Made by a program: the position numbers and the translations under genes. Shown one piece after another: positions 57,555 to 64,000 of a stretch of 64,000 bases of DNA. Numbering within the stretch: the stretch's first letter is position 1; each line of letters opens with the position of its first letter. The DNA is from Cyclobacteriaceae bacterium. Its GTDB lineage: Bacteria; Bacteroidota; Bacteroidia; Cytophagales; Cyclobacteriaceae. Location: contig JBJXEB010000112.1 in assembly GCA_046155095.1 (NCBI GenBank), positions 26,321 through 90,320 of the forward strand. Direction: 5' to 3'. The notes beneath the pieces are model-generated. The model was not told the origin of the DNA, did no database searches, and saw only the letters and a program-made list of their open reading frames with translations.

Positions 57555-58522
57555 GCAAAGCCGAGCTTCTTCCTCACTTTTCCAATAACCTCTCTCGCAA
57601 TCACAGTTGCCTTCGCTTCACTTTGTTGCAATTTTTTTTCCAACTCAGGCAGATTGCTCATATAAAAAGTAAAAGCCTCGCGCTCTTTCGCGTACTTAGA
57701 CACAATCAATTCAAACAAAGCTTGCTTGGCATGACCGTAGCCAAAGTTTCCCGCTAAATATTTTTGTCGAAGGGCTTCTGTCTCTTCAGAAGTAGCAACT
57801 AATTTATAAATCGCAAACACATTATCTGTATCAGGATTTTTAGGTGCTTCTAGTGGCGTACTGTCGGTGATGATCAAACCAATTTGTTTTTTTAACTCTT
57901 TATCTGGAAGAAAAATATCAATGGTATTTCCATACGACTTGCTCATCTTTTGCCCGTCAGTGCCAGGAACGGTCATTACGTTCTCTTCGATCTTGGCCTC
58001 GGGTACCACAAAGGTTTCCCCATAAAGGGTATTAAAGCTAGACGCGATATCACGTGCCATTTCCAAATGTTGCTTCTGGTCTTTACCAACAGGTACAAAG
58101 TGTGCATCATACAAAATAATATCGGCTGTCATCAATACTGGGTAGGTGAAGAGACCAGCGTTTACATCTGCTAACCGATCGGATTTATCTTTAAATGAAT
58201 GCGCATTCGCCAACATGGGGAAAGGCGTGTGGCAACTCAAGTACCAAGCCAGCTCGCACACATCGGGTATGCAGCTTTGGCGATAGAGCAGATTTTTTTC
58301 TAAATCAAAACCAAATGCCAGCCAAGCTGCAGCTACGGCATTCACATTATCAATGCGCTGTTGGGCATCTTTGATAGTGGTGAGTGAGTGCAGATCGGCA
58401 ATAAAGAAAAAAGATTCGTTGCCCGGTAGCTTAGATAATTTGATGGCAGGGATGATGGCGCCCAAAAGATTCCCCAAGTGTGGGCGACCACTGCTTTGTA
58501 TTCCTGTTAAAATTCGTGACAT
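57551..58522 (-). CDS. trpS: Tryptophanyl-tRNA synthetase
   Basis: HLGN (HIGH), VPVGKDQKQHLE, and KMSKS. Confidence 0.97.
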   Translation of the reverse strand: MSRILTGIQSSGRPHLGNLLGAIIPAIKLSKLPGNESFFFIADLHSLTTIKDAQQRIDNVNAVAAAWLAFGFDLEKNLLYRQSCIPDVCELAWYLSCHTPFPMLANAHSFKDKSDRLADVNAGLFTYPVLMTADIILYDAHFVPVGKDQKQHLEMARDIASSFNTLYGETFVVPEAKIEENVMTVPGTDGQKMSKSYGNTIDIFLPDKELKKQIGLIITDSTPLEAPKNPDTDNVFAIYKLVATSEETEALRQKYLAGNFGYGHAKQALFELIVSKYAKEREAFTFYMSNLPELEKKLQQSEAKATVIAREVIGKVRKKLGFA

Positions 58523-58646
58523 GATTTGATTTAAGATTTGTGATTTAAGATGTTAGATTTTTGGGGCTTGCATATTGTATTAAGATACAAAATTACCAAT
58601 ATAAAATTTAAGATTTTAGAATTGTGATTTTAAGATTTAGATTTGT
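58523..58646. repeat. Two degenerate 7-bp-period tandem arrays (GATTTAA/GATTTGT/GATTTTA)
   Basis: GATTTAA GATTTGT GATTTAA GATGTTA GATTT (58528-58560) and AATTTAA GATTTTA GAATTGT GATTTTA AGATTTA GATTTGT (58605-58646). Confidence 0.7.
58575..58595 (-). promoter_or_regulatory. Palindrome TTGTAT-N4-ATACAA overlapping the putative trpS -7 element
   Basis: Perfect 6-bp inverted repeat at 58575-58590; minus-strand TAATTTTG at 58595-58588. Confidence 0.45.
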
Positions 58647-58663
58647 GGTATAAAGTCAAATAT

Positions 58664-58891
58664 ATGGAAGCATCATTGATGAAAAGTGAAATCCATCAGT
58701 ACATAGATAAGGCTGATGAACAATTTCTTTCTTTTATCTATGGCTTGATAGCAGCCAAACAAGAAGATAAAACGTACAAGATTGCTGATGAAGAATTGAC
58801 TTTGATGGAAGAGCGTTTACTGGATTATGAACGCAATCCCACAAGTGGCTCATCATGGGATGAGGTGAAAGCTAGATTGCTTTCAAAGTAA
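58664..58891 (+). CDS. Addiction-module antitoxin (TIGR02574-like)
   Basis: Small acidic protein ending EERL..Y...P..GSSWDEVKARL; TAATG overlap with the toxin gene. Confidence 0.8.
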   Translation: MEASLMKSEIHQYIDKADEQFLSFIYGLIAAKQEDKTYKIADEELTLMEERLLDYERNPTSGSSWDEVKARLLSK

Positions 58892-59190
58892 TGAGTTATA
58901 AGCTTATCATTAGACCGCTAGCTGAAGAAGACCTAAAGGAGGCAAAGGATTGGTATGATTTGCAAGTAGCGGGTTTGGGTGAGAAGTTTGTTCAATTTGT
59001 TGATAGAAAGGTTTTGGAGGTTCTGAAAAATCCAAAGCATTATCAAGTTAGGTATAAAAACGTCAGAACGACTTTAGTCGATAAGTTTCCATACAATATT
59101 CATTACACAATTGTTGAAGAGAGCGTTATAATTCATTCATTTTATCATACCAGCAGAAATCCAAGGAGAATTTTAAAAAGACTGAAATGA
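58891..59190 (+). CDS. RelE/ParE family toxin
   Basis: AEEDL.EAKDWY, GLGEKF, R...VDKFPYNIHY, and FYHTSRNP. Confidence 0.88.
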   Translation: MSYKLIIRPLAEEDLKEAKDWYDLQVAGLGEKFVQFVDRKVLEVLKNPKHYQVRYKNVRTTLVDKFPYNIHYTIVEESVIIHSFYHTSRNPRRILKRLK

Positions 59191-60266
59191 AGAGATTGAT
59201 TTTTATTTTGCTTGCTTGTTCTGCTGTGAATGTGTCTGCTCAACTAGCAGAGCCGCTCCAGTTTCAAGACAAGACCCACGACTTTGGTGAAATAGTAGAG
59301 AGCAACGGCCCGGCAGTTTATGAATTTAGTTTCTTGAACAAATCCACAAGGCCAGTGAAGATACTGGCCGTGCAGCCATCGTGTGGATGCACCACACCTG
59401 GCTGGTCAAAAGAGCCAGTGGCGCCAGGCAAAACGGGTTTTATAAAGGCTAGCTTCGATCCGCATGGCCGACCAGGTTATTTCAATAAATCATTAACGGT
59501 AACTACCGACCTAGATGGAAACTCAATTGTGTTGCAGATCAAAGGCACTGTTGTCGATAAAAAAGAAGAGAAAGGGCCGTATGATTTGGTGATTGAAAAC
59601 GGAAATCTTCGATTAAGAAACAGCTCTTTCAACGTGGGCAAAGTATTCGTGAACAAAGAAACCACGCCAGTAGAATTCCCGATTTACAATGCAGGGAAAG
59701 ATACACTCAAGTTCTTAGAAGTGATTTCGCCCAAGTATATTAAAGTGAATGTACCTAGGTTGATTGCGCCAGAAACGAAAAGCTCAATCAAGATTTCTTA
59801 TGATGCCAAATTGCGCAACCAATATGGCTTTACTTCCGATAATGTTTTGTTCAAGACCAACGACAAGACCCAACCCGATAAATATTTTTCAGTTTATGCC
59901 ACTACCGAAGAATTTTTCCCCATCCTTTCTCCCGAAGAACAAACAAAAGCCCCAGTTCTAAATTTTGAGACATATACGGTTGTTATGGGCAAACTGAGAA
60001 AAGGTATCGACTTTCAGCGTGCCGTTAAATTCAAAAACAAAGGCAAAAAGGAATTGATCATTCGATATGTACAAAGTAATTGCTCTTGCCTGATAAGCAA
60101 AGCAACTGCGATAAGCCTTAAGCCAATGGAAGAAGGATATCTTCAAGTGACTTTTAATACAGATGGCCGCGAAGGCTTGCAAAATAAAGCCATAACCATC
60201 TATTCAACAGACCCAATCAATCCAGTTCAGCGTATTACTCTTACGGGGGAAATTGAGAATGAATAA
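59187..60266 (+). CDS. Secreted DUF1573 repeat protein
   Basis: Signal peptide; HDFG..., PSCGCT, PGKTGFI, FNKSLTV, and a second SNCSCL domain. Confidence 0.88.
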   Translation: MKRLIFILLACSAVNVSAQLAEPLQFQDKTHDFGEIVESNGPAVYEFSFLNKSTRPVKILAVQPSCGCTTPGWSKEPVAPGKTGFIKASFDPHGRPGYFNKSLTVTTDLDGNSIVLQIKGTVVDKKEEKGPYDLVIENGNLRLRNSSFNVGKVFVNKETTPVEFPIYNAGKDTLKFLEVISPKYIKVNVPRLIAPETKSSIKISYDAKLRNQYGFTSDNVLFKTNDKTQPDKYFSVYATTEEFFPILSPEEQTKAPVLNFETYTVVMGKLRKGIDFQRAVKFKNKGKKELIIRYVQSNCSCLISKATAISLKPMEEGYLQVTFNTDGREGLQNKAITIYSTDPINPVQRITLTGEIENE

Positions 60267-60268
60267 CG

Positions 60269-61342
60269 TCAACTGTCAATTAGAGTTTGAGAAATCTTAC
60301 TAGATGCATCCCCATTCCCGTACAATTTTTCCGTAGAGGTGAAATCGCGATCTTTTAGTTCTTCAAAATCACTTAAGATGGTTGCCCTCTTCGCGCCAGC
60401 AATTCGATTGGCACCAGCATGAACAAGTTCCACCCATTCAGTTTGATCTCGTAGCGTAATACAAAACTTATTGAAGAAGTAGGCTTCCTTTTGTAGTCCA
60501 CCGCTATCGGTAAGTACAAGCCTACAATTTTCTGTGAGCGAGAGCATATCAAAATATCCAACAGGCTCGATGGTCTTGAAATCGAGAGATATATTTAGAG
60601 AGGCAATGTATTTTTTAGTGCGCGGATGGATAGGCATCACCACTGGCATCGTTTTATTTATTTCGTTGAGCGCGCTGCAAATGGATTTTAATCGAACAGG
60701 ATCATCGGTGTTTTCTGCCCGATGCAGTGTGGCCAAAACAAAGTTATTGGCGGATAGATTTTCTTTCTTTAAAACACTAGCTACTTCCCTTGCTTTCTTT
60801 TTATAGAAGAGTACGGCATCATACATCACATCGCCAGCCTGAATAATTTGATTATCGAAATTTTTAAAACCTTCTTTTTCTAAATTTTGAATTGCGGATA
60901 GGGTAGGGCAGAATAGAAGTTTGCTAATCCGATCTGTCAATATGCGATTGACTTCTTCTGGCATCTTCATCTCAAAGCTGCGAAGTCCCGCCTCGACATG
61001 CGCAATTGGAATGTGGAGCTTAGCTGCGGCCAACGCTCCGGCCAATGTCGAGTTGGTATCTCCATATACCAAGACGTAATCAGGCTTCTCTTTCAATAAT
61101 ACTTCTTCAATCTTTTCCAACATGCGTCCCGTCATTGCCCCATGTTGAAGTCCACTGATCTCTAAATTGTAATGAGGATGTGGAATCTCCATCTCATCAA
61201 AGAACACTTGGCTCATGTTGGCATCGAAGTGCTGCCCTGTATGCACAAGTATTTCTTGGATGCCTGATTTTTTTAGTTCACGAGAGACGGTGGCGGCTTT
61301 GATAAATTGAGGGCGGGCGCCTAGTATTGTGATGATCTTCAT
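60269..61342 (-). CDS. wecB: Non-hydrolysing UDP-HexNAc 2-epimerase, WbpI-like subtype
   Basis: GARPQFIKA, HTGQHFDANMS, YGDTNSTLAGA, HVEAGLRSF, PEEVNR, TDSGGLQKEAYF, and RDQTEWVE. Confidence 0.9.
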   Translation of the reverse strand: MKIITILGARPQFIKAATVSRELKKSGIQEILVHTGQHFDANMSQVFFDEMEIPHPHYNLEISGLQHGAMTGRMLEKIEEVLLKEKPDYVLVYGDTNSTLAGALAAAKLHIPIAHVEAGLRSFEMKMPEEVNRILTDRISKLLFCPTLSAIQNLEKEGFKNFDNQIIQAGDVMYDAVLFYKKKAREVASVLKKENLSANNFVLATLHRAENTDDPVRLKSICSALNEINKTMPVVMPIHPRTKKYIASLNISLDFKTIEPVGYFDMLSLTENCRLVLTDSGGLQKEAYFFNKFCITLRDQTEWVELVHAGANRIAGAKRATILSDFEELKDRDFTSTEKLYGNGDASSKISQTLIDS

Positions 61343-61349
61343 GAGTGAA

Positions 61350-62186
61350 TTAAAATATTAAGGAGTAACCCTTGCCTTTAGGAAGCCCCTTTCCCTTTCC
61401 CTTTGTCTTGATGTTTTTAGAGCCATCGTACGCAGTCATCCGCGATTTCAATTCTTTTAAGTGTTGATTGGCCATGAATGTGATGATGTCATCTTTATTT
61501 TCAGCCTTCCTTGATTCGTTCAAGGCTTTGATGTAAGCCGACTTGTCTGCTGCATTTACGAGAGTGAGTGGCAAGTTGTGATAGGCTTGAATATAATTCA
61601 TAAGCAAACGAGAAGTGCGACCGTTGCCATCAGTGAATGGATGAATGCTAACTAAATCGAAATGTGCTAAGAAGGATAACGTTAATATTTCTTCTGTACT
61701 TTTTACTTTTTTTATTTCTGGATCAATCACTTTGACTAGGGATTTCACCATTGTTGGTACTTTGCCAGCATCAACAAAATAATGACCACCTGCAGTTACA
61801 GTCACTTTACGGAAATCGCCCTTTTTCTCATCGGTTGTTCCTAACACAGAGGTAACTTCCTTACCTGTTCTGCGCATTACTTTTGTTGCAATCTCTTGAA
61901 TAAATGAAACCGTGATGGATATCTTCTTTTTTGCTTCCTCAAGCACAAAAACTAGGGCATCATAATGATCAAGCACCATGTTTTGGTGTTCAATAGGCTT
62001 CCCTCCAATAGATATTCCTTTTTCAAGAAGTGTGTTTGTTTCTTCTTGTGTTAATGTAGAGCCTTCAATTTTGGTGGAGTGGTGTGTAATGGAGTATAGA
62101 TTGAATTGTTCTGCGTTAATAGCAATGCCTGCAGTCTTTTGGTACCGCTCGGTAACAACATCAATATCATCCCAAATTGTTTTCAC
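61350..62186 (-). CDS. Fic-domain protein with N-terminal autoinhibitory motif
   Basis: HPFTDGNGRTSR canonical Fic motif; STKIEG matches (S/T)xxxE(G/N). Confidence 0.9.
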   Translation of the reverse strand: MKTIWDDIDVVTERYQKTAGIAINAEQFNLYSITHHSTKIEGSTLTQEETNTLLEKGISIGGKPIEHQNMVLDHYDALVFVLEEAKKKISITVSFIQEIATKVMRRTGKEVTSVLGTTDEKKGDFRKVTVTAGGHYFVDAGKVPTMVKSLVKVIDPEIKKVKSTEEILTLSFLAHFDLVSIHPFTDGNGRTSRLLMNYIQAYHNLPLTLVNAADKSAYIKALNESRKAENKDDIITFMANQHLKELKSRMTAYDGSKNIKTKGKGKGLPKGKGYSLIF

Positions 62187-62190
62187 CCTT

Positions 62191-62227
62191 ACTTCTTATA
62201 TTCTAAATTCTGACTTCTAAATTCATT
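62191..62227. repeat. Degenerate 7-bp-period tandem array upstream of fic
   Basis: ATTCTAA ATTCTGA CTTCTAA ATTCATT at 62200-62227. Confidence 0.6.
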
Positions 62228-62233
62228 TATGAT

Positions 62234-63457
62234 TTACACAAAAGCTGGAATCCCTGTGATCTCATTACCCAATATCAACAAATGGATATCGTGCGTACCT
62301 TCATACGTTACCACCGATTCCAAATTCATCATGTGGCGCATGATGGGGTACTCGCCTGTGATGCCCATGCCTCCGTGTATTTGTCGCGCCTCACGAGCGA
62401 TCTCCAAGGCGAGGGCAACACTGTTTCGCTTTGCCATAGAGATGAGTGGCGTGGTGGCTTTGCCTTCGTTCATTAACACGCCCAATCGCCAGTTGAGCAA
62501 TTGCGCCTTGGTGATTTCGGTGAGCATCTCGGCTAATTTTTTTTGCACTAGCTGAAAGGATGCTATTGGTTTTCCAAACTGAATTCGTTCTGCGGCATAT
62601 CTTCGGGCGGAGTCATAGCAATCCATCGCAGCACCTAATGCGCCCCACGCAATGCCGAAGCGGGCAGAGTCCAAGCACATCATGGGTGCGCCTAAGCCTG
62701 TTTTGCCTGTTAACAAATTTTCCTTTGGCACTTTCACATCGTGGAATACCAACTCGCCTGTGGTACTTGCTCTCAAACTCCACTTGCCATGCGTCTCTGG
62801 TGTAGTAAAGCCGGGCATGCCGCGCTCAACAATCAATCCGTGGATTCTTCCTGCTTCGTTCTTCGCCCAAACAACGGCCACATCTGCCTTGGGTGAATTG
62901 GAAATCCACATCTTCGCGCCATTCAATAAATAATGATCGCCCATGTCTTTGAAGTTGGTGACCATGCCACTCGGGTTCGAGCCGTGATCGGGTTCTGTCA
63001 AACCAAAACAACCGAGCCATTCCCCGCTCGCCAGCTTAGGCAAATATTTTTTGCGCTGTGCTTCGCTGCCAAATTTATAAATAGGGTACATCACTAACGA
63101 GCCTTGCACAGAGGCAGTGGAGCGCATACCTGAGTCCCCACGCTCAATCTCTTGCATGATGATGCCGTAGGAAATATAATCCAGTCCACCGCAGCCATAT
63201 TCAATGGGTAATGTCGGACCGAAAGCTCCTATGTCACCGAATTTCTTTACAATTTCGTAAGGGAAGTGAGCACGCTGCGCCCAGTCTTCTATGTAAGGAC
63301 TGATCTCGCGCTTTACAAAATCGCGAATGGAGCTGCGGATCAACTTATGCTCTTCGGTGAGCAAATCATCGATCATATAAAAATCGGGTTGCTCGTAGCG
63401 GTCTTGCTTCAATGACTTTTTCGCAGCTGGTTCGGCAGTGGTTGTATGATTTGACAT
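62234..63457 (-). CDS. gcdH: Acyl-CoA dehydrogenase, glutaryl-CoA dehydrogenase-like
   Basis: ERGDSGMRS..SVQGSLVM, GCFGLTEPDHGS, SLRASTTGE, and NLESVVTYEGTHDIH; ATG at 63457. Confidence 0.88.
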   Translation of the reverse strand: MSNHTTTAEPAAKKSLKQDRYEQPDFYMIDDLLTEEHKLIRSSIRDFVKREISPYIEDWAQRAHFPYEIVKKFGDIGAFGPTLPIEYGCGGLDYISYGIIMQEIERGDSGMRSTASVQGSLVMYPIYKFGSEAQRKKYLPKLASGEWLGCFGLTEPDHGSNPSGMVTNFKDMGDHYLLNGAKMWISNSPKADVAVVWAKNEAGRIHGLIVERGMPGFTTPETHGKWSLRASTTGELVFHDVKVPKENLLTGKTGLGAPMMCLDSARFGIAWGALGAAMDCYDSARRYAAERIQFGKPIASFQLVQKKLAEMLTEITKAQLLNWRLGVLMNEGKATTPLISMAKRNSVALALEIAREARQIHGGMGITGEYPIMRHMMNLESVVTYEGTHDIHLLILGNEITGIPAFV

Positions 63458-63486
63458 AGCTTTTTGGATATTCTTTTTGAAAGGCT

Positions 63487-63494
63487 CAAATTTA
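63487..63494 (-). promoter_or_regulatory. Putative -7 promoter element for gcdH
   Basis: Minus-strand TAAATTTG, 29 nt upstream of the ATG. Confidence 0.5.
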
Positions 63495-63575
63495 CGTACT
63501 AATTGATACAAAATTCAAAATTCAAGAGCATTGTTTAGTGCATATTCTCCTTTGAACTAGAAATACCAAAGTAAA

Positions 63576-64000
63576 ATGGAAAACCTTGACCCCAGCCTGA
63601 TTGAACAGCTAAAAAAGCTTCAGCAAAAATATACTGTCATGGGGCAAGATCTGTCATCTTACCTAGATGGATTGCTTCATGCAGATTACCTCACCTACTG
63701 GGATTACATTCATCTGGATACACTGCTGAGTTTGCAAAACCCCAAAACACATTTTCCTGATGAAAAGATATTTATTGTCTATCATCAAATCACGGAGCTT
63801 TACTTCAATTTGATTTTGTGGGAGATAGAGCAAATGGCCGAGAAGGAAAACATTGACGAGAAATTTTTTGTTGAACGACTGGATCGCATTGTTCGGTACT
63901 TTCAATTGTTGGAAAATTCTTTTGCTGTGATGGTGAATGGGATGGAGCGCGATCAATTTTTAAAATTCAGGATGTCGCTGCTGCCTGCATCGGGGTTTCA
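63576..64000 (+). CDS. kynA: Tryptophan 2,3-dioxygenase (3' truncated; missing from the ORF track)
   Basis: Manual translation: MENLDP...YWDYIHLDTLLSLQ.PKTHFPDEKIFIVYHQITELYF...FLKFRMSLLPASGF. Confidence 0.9.
   Translation, partial: MENLDPSLIEQLKKLQQKYTVMGQDLSSYLDGLLHADYLTYWDYIHLDTLLSLQNPKTHFPDEKIFIVYHQITELYFNLILWEIEQMAEKENIDEKFFVERLDRIVRYFQLLENSFAVMVNGMERDQFLKFRMSLLPASGF

Noticed and set aside
58523-58646. CRISPR array
   Set aside because: The units are 7-bp degenerate tandems without unique spacers, and no cas genes are present.
63663-63956. 97-aa minus-strand ORF
   Set aside because: Antisense to the manually identified kynA frame.
1-64000. IS elements, prophage or integrase
   Set aside because: No transposase, integrase or phage structural ORFs, and no terminal inverted repeats with target duplications were seen.

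Overview
Bacteroidota (probably Cytophagales-like) chromosomal window, judged from T9SS CTD cargo, an XrtF exosortase, TAnnTTTG promoters and weak Shine-Dalgarno sites. Bases 1-46,739 are one uninterrupted plus-strand surface-polysaccharide/glycoprotein locus that starts upstream of the window. It encodes VioA-like/WbqC, FnlABC, WbpBDE-like and PglCDEF-like nucleotide-sugar pathways, a HisH/HisF/WbuX amidine triad, an AsnB-like amidotransferase, five SAM methyltransferases, about nine glycosyltransferases and a Wzy-like polymerase. It also carries an exosortase F pair, a 1255-aa T9SS cargo protein and a PID-CTERM-like microprotein. The most unusual element is a three-gene module at 30.8-34.8 kb: a fused TPP-dependent E1 alpha/beta, a lipoyl-E2 with a C-terminal Cys4 motif, and an ACP-like/AcpS/transmembrane fusion. 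It looks like a dedicated acyl-carrier system for decorating the glycan. Bases 46.7-64 kb are housekeeping genes (sucC, ABC ATPase, mtaB, phosphosugar mutase, hppD, trpS, glutaryl-CoA dehydrogenase-like, kynA). Three toxin-like cassettes are slotted into these operons, together with 7-bp-period intergenic repeats, a REP-like structured intergenic region and an orphan WbpI-like 2-epimerase. No rRNA, tRNA, CRISPR array or transposase was seen. All family assignments are from motif recognition by eye; no searches were run.
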